From: Methanobacteriota archaeon
GTDB lineage: Archaea; Thermoplasmatota; Thermoplasmata; SG8-5; DAIRED01
Assembly (NCBI GenBank): GCA_043799545.1
Contig: JAZDNO010000018.1
Coordinates: 1 to 33,692, forward strand
DNA length: 33,692 nucleotides
Reading direction: 5' to 3'
The notes below the pieces were generated by a model. It ran no database searches, was not told where the DNA came from, and was given only the letters and a program-made list of their open reading frames with translations. This document shows positions 22,823 to 33,100 of the stretch, one piece after another. Each line of letters opens with the position of its first letter. Position 1 is the first letter of the stretch. Position numbers and translations under genes: made by a program.

Positions 22823-23971
22823 TCAAACCCCGATTTTTATCAGTTCTTCGTACGTTTCGACAAGCATCTTTGTGCAGGCGCGCTCCTCGAACCGGCCCGC
22901 GGTTTCCAGGGCCTTTTGCTTGATGTTTTCTGGGGCATCCAGCGCTCGGCAAATCGCCGCCGCGCAACCTTCTGAAGATTCGTCGAAGAGGTAGCCGTTC
23001 TCACCGTCCTTTATCATCTCCGGTATCGCCCTGAAATTGATTCCAGCAACCGGCAGCCCCGATGCCATCGCTTCCATGACGACAATGCCCTGGGTTTCGA
23101 ACTTGGAGGCGATGACGAAGGCGTCCGCGGCCGAGTAGTAACCCGGAAGCTCCTCGTCGGGGACGAAGCCGGCGAAAACGACGCTTCGCTCCATGCCATT
23201 GGCTTTGACCAGCCTTTCGCATCCTTCCCTGGCAGGGCCGTCTCCCGCCACTACCAGTTTGGCATCTGGATGCCGCTTCAGGACCGAGGGAAAGCCCGCG
23301 ATTATCGTGTCGAGGTTTTTCTCCCTGGCCACGCGCCCGACGTGGAGCACCATCGGCGCAACCCCCATGCCCAGCCTCTCCCGGATTTCCGCCCGGCGTG
23401 TTCCGCGCGGGTTGAACCGCTCCAGGTCGACCCCCGTCGGGATGACCGCCGTGTACTTCAGCTTGGCCTCGGCCTCCAGCTCGGCGAGGATGGCGTGAGT
23501 CGGGGCCACCACGCCGTCGGCCCTGGCCAGGAAATGGCGCAGGTAAATCCACATGAGGCGGCGCATCAGGTCCTCGTCCAGGTTCCACGGCATGTAGTGG
23601 AAGGCCTCGGTTATCATAGTGTGGTAGGTCAGCAGAATCGGAATCCTGAAGAACCTGGACGCGAACATCGACTTGAATCCCATGAATGCGACGCCGTGCG
23701 TGTGCAGGACGTCTATGTCGTTCTCTCGGATGATGTCGTGCAATCCCCTGGCGGGGTAGATGGCGACCCTGTATCCTTCGTACTGCGAGAACTCTGAGGC
23801 GGGAAAATAGTAGGTCCGGTTCTCCTTCGGAGCCTTTCCCCTGGGGTCGTCGGGGGCGAACAGGAATACCTCGTGGCCCATGGCCTCCAGTATCCTCCGC
23901 GACGTGGTCAGGGAGGTCACGACGCCGTCCCTCGTGGGAAGGTAGCTGTCCGTGAACATCCCTATGCGCAT
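22823..23971 (-). CDS. GT4 family glycosyltransferase (UGDG/PimA-like; possibly a glycolipid synthase), 382 aa
   Basis: MRIGMFTDSYLPTRDGV, HVGRVAREKN, SKFETQGIVVMEAMASG (E-x7-E). Confidence 0.9.
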   Translation of the reverse strand: MRIGMFTDSYLPTRDGVVTSLTTSRRILEAMGHEVFLFAPDDPRGKAPKENRTYYFPASEFSQYEGYRVAIYPARGLHDIIRENDIDVLHTHGVAFMGFKSMFASRFFRIPILLTYHTMITEAFHYMPWNLDEDLMRRLMWIYLRHFLARADGVVAPTHAILAELEAEAKLKYTAVIPTGVDLERFNPRGTRRAEIRERLGMGVAPMVLHVGRVAREKNLDTIIAGFPSVLKRHPDAKLVVAGDGPAREGCERLVKANGMERSVVFAGFVPDEELPGYYSAADAFVIASKFETQGIVVMEAMASGLPVAGINFRAIPEMIKDGENGYLFDESSEGCAAAICRALDAPENIKQKALETAGRFEERACTKMLVETYEELIKIGV

Positions 23972-25291
23972 TCAGAGCCACCTGGCTATCTGGCGCACCT
24001 TGTACACCAGGTCGGCCGGGTTCCTGCCGAGCAACCGGACCATGGCCTCCTTGCCGTGGCCTCCGGCGTCCCATATCATGTCGGGGACGAAGCCCTTGTC
24101 CTGTATGGCCTTCGCGGTGCCCCATGCCATCGTCTTCACTGATTTTGGCTCGTCCTTCCTGTCGAAGCTGGCCTCAGTCAGTCCAACCTTCTTCGCAGCC
24201 GCGACGACCTCCTTGGAGTACTTCAGGTTGAGGACGCAGCGAACGGCTGGGTCGTACTGGATAGTGGTCAAAACCACCCTGGACATGTGCCTCGAAGCCC
24301 CGAAGGCCGGGGTGCCGACGCTCGCCGCCCTGTCCCCCTTCAGGACAATCCTCGAGTCCAGTCCGCAGACGTCCGAGACGCTGGTCGCCCCCCAGAGAGC
24401 ATATGCCAGATTGTTCCCCACCTCGGGCATCAGCTTCGGAACGAAGGCGTTGAGGAGCTCGGGCAATGCGGCGCGAATCTCCTCCATAATCTTGTATTTC
24501 TCCGAGCCAGACACGACGCGGTTCATCGGGTTGAGCGCGAGCGCGCTGCCAATCGGCTGCGCCATTTCGAGGCTCGTGTGCAGGACGTCCTTGGCCTGCC
24601 CTATCGAGTCGCGCAGACCCTCCCCCATGGCCAGGTATCCCGCTATCAGCGAGGCGTATGTGCAGCCCAACCCCCGCAGCCCTTCAAGCGAGAGGCGCGG
24701 CGAGGCGAACTCCGTGACGCGCTTTGGCTCGACCAGCAGGTCTGCCGCAAGTTTACCCCGCAGGTGCCCGCCCTTCACCAGGATGGCTCCCGGCCCGCCG
24801 CGTATCATGAGCGAATTCGCAGCCTTCTCCGCAGCCTGGAGGTTCCCGACCTTCATTCCGGAAAGGGCTTCCAGCTCCCTCGCGTTCGGGGTCACCAGGT
24901 CCGCCACGGAGAAAACATGCTCGACCAGCGCGTCAGGCAGCCCAGCATCCGCGAGCCGCGTCCCCACGCTCGCCGAGAGAACCGGGTCCACGACTATGGG
25001 GCATTCGAGGTCTTCGAGCTCGCGCGCCACGGCCTTGGCGCACTCCGGCGAGTAGAGCATGCCCAGCTTCGCAGCCGAAGGCTCGCCGTCATCGACAGCG
25101 CAGCGTATCGCCCTGGCGACCAGCCGCGGGTCGTGAGGGATAATCTCGTCCACCTTCTCGCTGTTCTCCAGGACGATGCCGGTCGTCACGGGCGCAACTA
25201 TGACGTCGAGGGTGCTCAGCGCCCTTATGTCCGCAGATATCCCCGCTATCCCGCTCGGATCCAGCCCGCCGATTACCAGCACGCGTTTCAT
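23972..25291 (-). CDS. thiD: Bifunctional hydroxymethylpyrimidine (phosphate) kinase / thiamine-phosphate synthase (ThiD-ThiN), 439 aa
   Basis: GGLDPSGIAGISAD, VDPV, TPNARE, VKGGH, GLGC (ThiD); MPEVGNN, FGASRHMSR, GGHGKEAM (ThiN). Confidence 0.92.
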   Translation of the reverse strand: MKRVLVIGGLDPSGIAGISADIRALSTLDVIVAPVTTGIVLENSEKVDEIIPHDPRLVARAIRCAVDDGEPSAAKLGMLYSPECAKAVARELEDLECPIVVDPVLSASVGTRLADAGLPDALVEHVFSVADLVTPNARELEALSGMKVGNLQAAEKAANSLMIRGGPGAILVKGGHLRGKLAADLLVEPKRVTEFASPRLSLEGLRGLGCTYASLIAGYLAMGEGLRDSIGQAKDVLHTSLEMAQPIGSALALNPMNRVVSGSEKYKIMEEIRAALPELLNAFVPKLMPEVGNNLAYALWGATSVSDVCGLDSRIVLKGDRAASVGTPAFGASRHMSRVVLTTIQYDPAVRCVLNLKYSKEVVAAAKKVGLTEASFDRKDEPKSVKTMAWGTAKAIQDKGFVPDMIWDAGGHGKEAMVRLLGRNPADLVYKVRQIARWL

Positions 25292-26355
25292 TTCCTTCCC
25301 TCCGCGATTCGTTTGACCTTCTCGAGATTCTCAGGGTGCATCTCCAGGTAAGCCCTCGTCGGAGCCAGGATGTCGGAGAGCGCCGCCGCGACTGCCTTCT
25401 TCAGGTCCATGGGGTGGACATTTCCGTCGGCGAACGCCTTCTCAAGCTCTTCGTACGTGGCAAATGCCGCGTTCCCGCCGAACTTCTCCGGGCGCACTAT
25501 TTCCAGCTTTCCGAGAATCGGGAATATTATCAGCCTGCAGTGGTCCAGCACCGGGTTTCCCTTCGATTCTTTCGCAGGGCAGTAGGCCTTGTTGAGCTTG
25601 TCCTGTATTTCCTTCGGAGAGTCGTGCAGGAAGACGCATGATTCCGGCTTCGACTTGCTCATCTTCCCCTCGCCGTCGGCTATGGCCACATCCATCCTGC
25701 CGGTGCCCTGGAGGCTCATCAGGAGAGGGGTGTGGATTGCCACGAACTTCTTCCAGCCGAGCTTGTCGGCCGCGTCCCGGGCGAGCATGTGCGCGTGGCG
25801 CTGGTCCATGCCCCCGAGCGCCAAGTCTAGCTCCTGGTGGAATATGTCCGCGGCCTGCATTGCCGGGTAGATGAGCTTTGATGCGTCCACGTCGGCCTCG
25901 TCCTCCTTGCGTCCCATCACGGTCATGGCGCGCCTGATGCGCGAGACGGAGGATGCCTTGGATATCTTCAGGACCTTCTGCCAGTAGTCTGCGGAGCCGA
26001 CCATATCCGATGTGTACAGGAAGTGGACATGCTGGGGGTCCACGCCCAGCGCCAGGAAGCAGTCCTTGAGGTAAGCGCCGCACGCCTTGATTGCGTTCAT
26101 GTCGCCGTCCATCTTGTCGTTGATGTAGGCGTGCCAGTCCGCGAGCAGGACGTTTACCTCGAAGCCCAGGGCCGTGAGGTCTTTTATTTTCTGCGACGTG
26201 ATGAGCCCCTGACCGATATGGAACAGCCCCGACGGCTCGTAGCCGATGTACGCTTTCTTCGGACCCGGCCTTGCCAGCAGCGCCACGGCTTCCTCGCGCG
26301 TGACGACTTCCTCCGTGTTCCTGAGCAGCAGGGCGAGCGCCTCTTCCTGGTTCAT
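25288..26355 (-). CDS. tyrS: Tyrosine--tRNA ligase, archaeal type, 355 aa
   Basis: YIGYEPSG..HIGQ, ADWHAYIN, YPAMQAAD, GGMDQR, KMSKS. Confidence 0.96.
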   Translation of the reverse strand: MNQEEALALLLRNTEEVVTREEAVALLARPGPKKAYIGYEPSGLFHIGQGLITSQKIKDLTALGFEVNVLLADWHAYINDKMDGDMNAIKACGAYLKDCFLALGVDPQHVHFLYTSDMVGSADYWQKVLKISKASSVSRIRRAMTVMGRKEDEADVDASKLIYPAMQAADIFHQELDLALGGMDQRHAHMLARDAADKLGWKKFVAIHTPLLMSLQGTGRMDVAIADGEGKMSKSKPESCVFLHDSPKEIQDKLNKAYCPAKESKGNPVLDHCRLIIFPILGKLEIVRPEKFGGNAAFATYEELEKAFADGNVHPMDLKKAVAAALSDILAPTRAYLEMHPENLEKVKRIAEGRK

Positions 26356-26394
26356 GGATGAGTCGAATGGGTTGAGGGGATAAATGGGTTGCGG

Positions 26395-26970
26395 TCACGC
26401 CATCTTATTCACCATCAGCCAATAGACGAACAGCTCGACGTCGAACCGATGGCGCTCCGGATACCTCTGCGCTACGATGCGCCAGAATTCCTTGTTGTGG
26501 CTCAGCTCCCTCCGGTGCGCGACCTCGTGGAATATCACGTAGTCTATCAACCGTTCAGGCAGCTGGCGCATGAGAGTGTTCACTGTGATGTTACCGTCGC
26601 TGCCGCAGCTGGCCCACTTCTCAGTCGCCTTCTTGAAGTATATCTTGTAGAAATCGACGCCGAGCGTCTTGGAGTGCTCCTCGGCGAAGCGCCACACGAG
26701 CTGGCGGAACTGCGTCTGGCTCCGGTCCTCAAGCTCCCGCTTCCTTGCGGCGGCGAGGGCGCGAACGATGCCCGCGTGAACGCTCCCGATCCACGCTGCG
26801 AACTCCTGAACCGAATCCTCGGGACGGGCGCGCTTTGGTAAGACCAGGGTCATCTGGCCCGAGTCGAACTCGACGGACGGCGATTTTACCTTGCGGAACT
26901 CTGCGCGGTACTCCGAGTCTGGGCCGACTCTGACGTGCGCGACCATTGTGCCAAGATGCGCGGAGGCCAT
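26395..26970 (-). CDS. YgjP/DUF45 (M48-like) zinc metalloprotein, 191 aa
   Basis: KWASC, IDYVIFHEVAH..ELSHNKEFW (HExxH...H). Confidence 0.88.
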   Translation of the reverse strand: MASAHLGTMVAHVRVGPDSEYRAEFRKVKSPSVEFDSGQMTLVLPKRARPEDSVQEFAAWIGSVHAGIVRALAAARKRELEDRSQTQFRQLVWRFAEEHSKTLGVDFYKIYFKKATEKWASCGSDGNITVNTLMRQLPERLIDYVIFHEVAHRRELSHNKEFWRIVAQRYPERHRFDVELFVYWLMVNKMA

Positions 26971-26990
26971 AATAAAACTAGGGGAAATGC

Positions 26991-26997
26991 AAAAAAA
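26991..26997 (-). terminator. Oligo-T terminator of the por operon
   Basis: T7 on the minus strand ~35 nt after the porB stop, preceded by a weak GTCC/GGAC hairpin. Confidence 0.55.
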
Positions 26998-27031
26998 GGG
27001 TTTAAGTCCCGTACTTGGACCTCGCGAACTT

Positions 27032-27922
27032 TCAGCCCATACCGTATTGTTCGCACTTGTCGTCGACGTCCTTCTGTATCTTCGCCAGCATCTCCTGCTT
27101 GTCCATCAGGTGCTTGAACCTGGACTGGACCTTCAGGTATTCGACGACGGGCTTGCGCTTGTCCTTCGGTATCTTCTTGGTCACGACAATCTTGCGCTGG
27201 TCGGGGCTTTCGGTCTCCCAGAGTATGGTGACACCAGTCTCGACCGCGAGCTTTGCGATTTCCATGGACTTCTCGGATGCGATTCCCCAGCCCGGTACGC
27301 AAGGCACATGCACCTGTATGAAGGACGGCCCGTTGACGGATATGGCCTTCTTCACCTTTTTCTCCAGGTCCATCGGGAACCCGATGCTCGCCGTCGCGGT
27401 GTATGGGATGTCGTGCGCGGCCACTATTGCCGCCAGTGGCTTCTTGCGCTCTGTCTTGCCCGGGATGACGGAGCCAGCCGGCGACGTCGTCGTTGATGCC
27501 CCGAACGGGGTTGAAGCCGACCTTTGGATGCCAGTGTTCATGTATGCCTCGTTGTCGTGGCACACGTAGCAAATCTTGTGTCCGCGCTCGAGCATTCCCG
27601 ACAAAGCCTGGAACCCGATATCGAACGTCCCGCCGTCGCCGGCGAAGGCGAAGATGTTCACGCCCTCGCGCTTGCCGCGGGCTTTCAGCGCCGCTTCGAC
27701 GCCCGAAGCCACCGCTGCCGCGTTCTCGAACGCGGCGTGAATCCACGGTATCTCCCAAGCGGACTCCGGGTAGCCTGTCGTCATGACCTCAAGGCAACCG
27801 GTTGCATTACACACTATCGAGTTCGGGCCGGCGGTGTTCAAAACCGTGCGGACTGCGGAGGCCATGCCGCAGCCAGCGCAGCCCCTGTGCCCCGAAGCGA
27901 ACAACTCCTTCGTCGCCATCAC
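27032..27922 (-). CDS. porB: Pyruvate/2-ketoisovalerate:ferredoxin oxidoreductase beta subunit, 296 aa
   Basis: GHRGCAGC, TGCLEV, GDGG TPP motif, DNEAYMNTGIQRS, HVPCVPGW. Pyruvate versus ketoisovalerate specificity cannot be settled from motifs. Confidence 0.93.
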   Translation of the reverse strand: MMATKELFASGHRGCAGCGMASAVRTVLNTAGPNSIVCNATGCLEVMTTGYPESAWEIPWIHAAFENAAAVASGVEAALKARGKREGVNIFAFAGDGGTFDIGFQALSGMLERGHKICYVCHDNEAYMNTGIQRSASTPFGASTTTSPAGSVIPGKTERKKPLAAIVAAHDIPYTATASIGFPMDLEKKVKKAISVNGPSFIQVHVPCVPGWGIASEKSMEIAKLAVETGVTILWETESPDQRKIVVTKKIPKDKRKPVVEYLKVQSRFKHLMDKQEMLAKIQKDVDDKCEQYGMG

Positions 27923-29121
27923 AATCCCTCCGCTTCCTTCACTGCCTCGACATCCACGTTAATCCACTCCACCTGTTTCAAGGCCTTGCCAGCGTCCAGC
28001 GACGGTTTGACCTTTCCGTATATCTGCTCGAAGTCCTTCGGGACTATGTCCCTGCCCCCGAGGCCTATGACGTAGTTCAGCAACACCGGCTTCTTGGCCA
28101 TGTTGTAGAACTCCCCGGATATGTCCGCGTACAAAGGTCCGCTGCAGCCGTATGAATACGCCCTCTCGACTATGGCTAGGACTTTGGCGTTCTTCACCAT
28201 CTCGTACAGTTCCTTCGTCGGGAACGGGCGGTAGACCATCATCTTCACCAGGCCGACCTTTATTCCCTTGGCCCGCATCGCATCGATTGCCGCCTTCGCG
28301 GTTCCGAACATCGAGCCAATCATCAGGATGATGACCTCGGCGTCCTCGGCCTTGTAACCCACGACCTTCTGGTACTTCCGCCCGAAGCGCTTCTCGAAGT
28401 CCTTGAACACCTCGTCTATGACACCTGACGCCCGCTCGATTGCCATCTGCTGCGCCATCTTGAACTCCATGTAGTACTCGGGAGTGCCGAACGAGCCGAT
28501 GGTCATCGGCCTCGCGGGGTCGAGCCAGCAGTAGGGCGAGTCGTACTTAGGCAGGAACGCATCCACCGCTGCCTGCCCCGGTATGTCGACGGGCTCCATC
28601 GTGTGCGTCAGGACGAAGGCGTCCAGTCCGACCATCGAGGGCAGGAGAATCTTTTTGTTCTCCGACACCTTGAATGCGATCAGGGTCAGGTCCAGGCACT
28701 CCTGGTTCGTCTGCGCGTAGAAGTGTATCCAGCCCGTGTCGCGCTCCGCCATCGTGTCCGAGTGGTCGCCCCATATGTTGATCGGGGCGCTCAATGCGCG
28801 ATTCGCCACTGGCATGACTATCGGCAGGCGCATTCCAGACGCGATGAAGAGCATCTCGTGCATGAGCGCCAGCCCCTGCGACGACGTCGCAGTGCATGAG
28901 CGCACGCCCGCTGCCGATGCGCCGATACATGCGCTCATGGCGCTGTGCTCGCTCTCGACAGGTACGTACTCGCATTTCATCTCGCCGTTGTTGACGAACT
29001 CGGATATCTGCTCGGGGAACAGCGTCGACGGCGTGATGGGATAGGCGGGGATGACCTCGGCCCTTGCCAGCTTTGCCGCGACCGCGGTCGCGAAGTTACC
29101 CTTTATGACTTCCTTGACCAT
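27919..29121 (-). CDS. porA: Pyruvate/2-ketoisovalerate:ferredoxin oxidoreductase alpha subunit, 400 aa
   Basis: AYPITP, VESEHSAMS, TATSSQGL, NRALSAPINIW.DHSD. Confidence 0.94.
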   Translation of the reverse strand: MVKEVIKGNFATAVAAKLARAEVIPAYPITPSTLFPEQISEFVNNGEMKCEYVPVESEHSAMSACIGASAAGVRSCTATSSQGLALMHEMLFIASGMRLPIVMPVANRALSAPINIWGDHSDTMAERDTGWIHFYAQTNQECLDLTLIAFKVSENKKILLPSMVGLDAFVLTHTMEPVDIPGQAAVDAFLPKYDSPYCWLDPARPMTIGSFGTPEYYMEFKMAQQMAIERASGVIDEVFKDFEKRFGRKYQKVVGYKAEDAEVIILMIGSMFGTAKAAIDAMRAKGIKVGLVKMMVYRPFPTKELYEMVKNAKVLAIVERAYSYGCSGPLYADISGEFYNMAKKPVLLNYVIGLGGRDIVPKDFEQIYGKVKPSLDAGKALKQVEWINVDVEAVKEAEGL

Positions 29122-29125
29122 GTTA

Positions 29126-29437
29126 TCACTTCTCCTCGGTTATCATTGTAATCGCCTTCTTGTCGGTCTTCTCGCGCTCGGCTTTCTTGTTCTGGGGGCA
29201 CTCATAAGCGCAGATGCCGCAGCCCTTGCAGTAATCGTAGTTGATTTCTATGTGCTTCTTGCCTTCCTCGACCTTCGTGATGCATGAGTCCGGGCAGAAC
29301 CTGTGGCACGTCCAGCAACCGATGCAGTTCTCCGGGTGGGTGACTGGCCTCATCGAGCGCCACGTCCCAGTGTGATAGTTCTTCGAGCTTCCGGCGACAG
29401 GATTTATTCCTCCGACGGTTATCTTCTTCTTCGCCAT
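29126..29437 (-). CDS. porD: Oxidoreductase delta subunit (2x[4Fe-4S] ferredoxin-like), 103 aa
   Basis: TGTWRSMRP, CIGCWTCHRFCP, CKGCGICAYECP. Confidence 0.94.
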   Translation of the reverse strand: MAKKKITVGGINPVAGSSKNYHTGTWRSMRPVTHPENCIGCWTCHRFCPDSCITKVEEGKKHIEINYDYCKGCGICAYECPQNKKAEREKTDKKAITMITEEK

Positions 29438-29439
29438 CC

Positions 29440-29988
29440 TCAGACCCCCTTTACCTTTTCGAAAGCTTGCTTGGCTGCCATTTTATTCTCCTCAGGCTTG
29501 ACCGGCGCGTTGTCCTGTATGGCCTCCAGAAGAGCTTTGAGACTGACGTTGCCAACGACCTTCGAGAACGCACCCAGGATCGCCGTGTTGACAATCGGGT
29601 TGGTCTTGCTGCCCAGGCGGTTCTCGACCGCTATCGAGCTCGCGTCAACAGTATATACTTTTCCAGCTTTGAGCTGGAACTCCTTCGGATCCTTCTTGGA
29701 ATTGATTATGATCGGTCCGCCAGCCTTCAGCCCGCTCGTCACGTCAACGACGTCCATGAGCGTCGGGTCCAGGACGATGACAGCGTCCGGTTCGTATATC
29801 TGGCATTTTATGTCTATCGGTTTCTCGTCAATCCTGGTGTAGGCCGCTACCGGCGCTCCCCGGCGCTCGACCCCGAACATCGGGAACGCCTGCACGTCCT
29901 TTCCTTCCTTGAAGGCCGCCACCGCGAGCACGTTGGCTGCCGTCACAGCTCCCTGCCCGCCCCTGCCATGAAAACGTATTTCGTACAT
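29440..29988 (-). CDS. porG: Oxidoreductase gamma subunit, 182 aa
   Basis: [27 protein letters not shown]; GGAGG SD and TTTAAA box (30030-30035) upstream. Confidence 0.95.
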   Translation of the reverse strand: MYEIRFHGRGGQGAVTAANVLAVAAFKEGKDVQAFPMFGVERRGAPVAAYTRIDEKPIDIKCQIYEPDAVIVLDPTLMDVVDVTSGLKAGGPIIINSKKDPKEFQLKAGKVYTVDASSIAVENRLGSKTNPIVNTAILGAFSKVVGNVSLKALLEAIQDNAPVKPEENKMAAKQAFEKVKGV

Positions 29989-30142
29989 CGTATGCCTCCG
30001 TTGGGCGACCCTGCATCGGAGAGGTCTGGTTTAAAGGTTGTTGCGAAGAACGGGGTTTTACCTGGCATCAATTGAAATGGGCGGTGCTATTATTACTAGA
30101 GCTGATGTGGCGCCTCACCCAAGTCCTGATTACCGTCCCTGA

Positions 30143-33100
30143 TTAATTTCGGACCCTTCTCCTCGATGTGCGCAGGGCGAGTATCAGCATGGCCAGTGCG
30201 ACGAAGAACAGCATTCCGCTGGATATTCCTCCGACGAGCTCCCATCCACCATTTTTGTCTATGGCCTTCACGCCGCCTACGGTTGCCAGGTTATCCGCCG
30301 AATGACTCGCAGCCTCTGCGGTCGCTGTGCCGGACGGTGCGCCAACGGCGTGTGTCAGCGGCACCTTCGGCGGGCCGACGGAGCGGTCCAAGACGTCATC
30401 GATGCGGCTGTTGGAAATGGCCCAATTGGAGTCGCTTGCGGTGTAAATCCAGTACCCCTGGCCGCGCTTCAGCACGTACGAGTCCTCCAGCACCCTAGTT
30501 CTGTATTCGGACAGGGCGTCGAACCCTTCCACGGTGGTCGCGCCGGTGTCAAACTTCAGATTGGCTACAGTATAGGTGCTGTCGTTCGTCTTTGGGTATC
30601 CAACCATGTTCCATCCAGTTCTGAGCGACAGGCTCATGTTCGTTGGCAGGGTTCCGTAAACGGTCAGCGTTGTGTTCGCCAGGGCGTTCAGCCAGAATCC
30701 CATCGTGCAGTCTATCGATTGCAGGTCGTTGAAACTCGCAGGCCAGACCGTGTAATACTGCTTCCAGTGGTCCGCAACATCGGTGGTGTTGTACCACATG
30801 ACCCTGTCCCACTGACCGGAAATTGACCCTAGTACGACCGGGACCGATGTATCGCTTGGGACCAGGGGTGTCGATATCAGGTTCCACCCGAATACCAGGT
30901 CTATGTCGAACGACCTTTCTGCTATTGTTACGGCGGAGCTGCTCGACAAGGATCCATTCGTCGCTGTCACCGTTCCAGCGCCAGTGGCCATCTGAGCTGT
31001 GAAATGTCCGCTTGCGTCCACACCGCCGATGTCGGTGGTCCATACGAATAGAACCCCTGATATCACGTTGTTGAGAGCGTCGTAGGCTATCGCATTAAAC
31101 GCAAGGGTACCACCGACAGTCACTGTGGCTGTTCCGGGCACAACGGCAATGTGGTCGATAACTGCGTTGATGACGTTGACTGAGGCGAAGCCGGAGAAGG
31201 TGCCGTTCGTTGCCGTCACGGTCCCAGCTCCTGGGAAGGCTTGCGCATTGAACCATCCTGCAGAATCCACCGAGCCCGCGTCTGTGCTCCATGTGAACGC
31301 GACTCCGGAAATCGGATTCCCATATGTGTCGAAACCGGTCGCAGCGAACTGCATTGCGCCGCTCACGATGACGTTGACCGGGCTGGGAGAAACGACTATA
31401 TTGGCCAAGGCGCCCGGAACGAGGTGCACAGTTGCCTCCGCGAATATCGTGCCGTTCGCGGCCCGAACAAAGCCGGATACAGCAACCGTCTGCGCGGTGA
31501 AATATCCAGTCGAATCGACCGTTCCAATGCATGTAGTCCAGACGAAACCTACGCCGACGACGACGTTGTTGAAAGCATCGTACGCCGTCGCCGCGAACTG
31601 CTGCGAGGTCGCTACCGCAAGAGTAACGCTGTTGGGAGATATTATTATATTCGACACCGGACCCACTGTGATCGTTGCGCTCGCCTGCCCGGTTACAAGG
31701 CCGAAAGAGGCGATGACTATTCCCGAACCTGGGGTAGTCTGCGCTGTGAGCAATCCTCCGGAGGTTATGGCCCCGACATCGGTTGTCCAGACGAAGGCCA
31801 GTCCGGATATCTCCTCGTTCATCGCATCGTAAGCCACTGCTGTAAACTGCATTGTCTGGCCGACGTTGACGCTCGCCGGATCAGGCGATACCCAGATGTG
31901 GTCGACCGCGTCCACCACAATCACCGTGGCCGAGTCTCCAATCGGTCCGCTCGTCACGGTAACGCCACCGAAACCGGGTGTTGCCTGGGCCGTGAATAGG
32001 CCGCCCTGGGTTATGGTGCCGACCATCGAAACCAACCAGGTGAATGCGATGCCTGTGAGCGCGTTCCCATACATGTCGTAGCCCACTGCATTGAATTGCA
32101 GGGTGGTAGAAACCAGGACGGTCACCGGGTTCGGGGTCAGAACGATGTGGTCGAGGGGACCGACGACGACGTTGACCGTCGCATTACCGGCCACAGCGCC
32201 TATCGAGGCAGTCACCGTCCCAGTTACTGGCACGTAGCAAACGAACCAACCTGAGGAATCGATGGTGCCCACATTCGAGGACCACGAAAATATCGCCCCT
32301 GAGATGACGTTGTTGTACGAATCGTAGGCCACGGCTATGAAGCCGGTGTATTGCCCAACTGCAACCGTGGTCGGGTTCGGAACTACGGCTATGTGGTCGA
32401 CCTGTCCGCTAACGATGGTAACCGAAGCAATGCCGTCTATCAGACCGCTCGCCGCCCTCACCACGCCCATGCCCGGAGTCGTCCTGGCCGTGAAATACCC
32501 GGTTCCGTCGACAGAACCTATGCTCGTTGTCCAGATGAACGTAACACCTGGTATCGGGTTGTTGAACGCATCGTAGGCCGTCGCAGAGAATTGCACGCTG
32601 TCCCCGACCGTAGTCGTTACAGGAGTCGGTGTGACGACGATGTGATCTACGGCACCGATTACAACATTAACAGTTGCCGAGCCTGTGACCATGCCGAACC
32701 TGGCGGTCACAATGCCCGTATTCGGTACGGTCTGGGATGTGAAGAATCCGGCGACGTCTATCACGCCCACGTTGGTCGTCCAGGTGAACGTCGTTCCAGT
32801 TACAACGTTGTCGTACCGATCGTATGCTGTTGCTGCGAATGCTTGCACCGCACCGACTGTCACTGTGACCGTGTCCGGCGTTATTATTATATGATCCAAA
32901 GCTCCCGCGATTATCGATACGTTGGCCGTGCCATTTACAGCCCCGACCGATGCCTGTACGTAGCCAGTTCCCATGGTTGTCTGGGCGATTAACATTCCCA
33001 ATGAATCTATGAGCCCCACGTCCGTGCTCCAAAGGAAGGGCAGCCCTGTAATCACGTTGTCGTAGAGATCGAATCCTATGGCCACGAAATATTTTGAACT

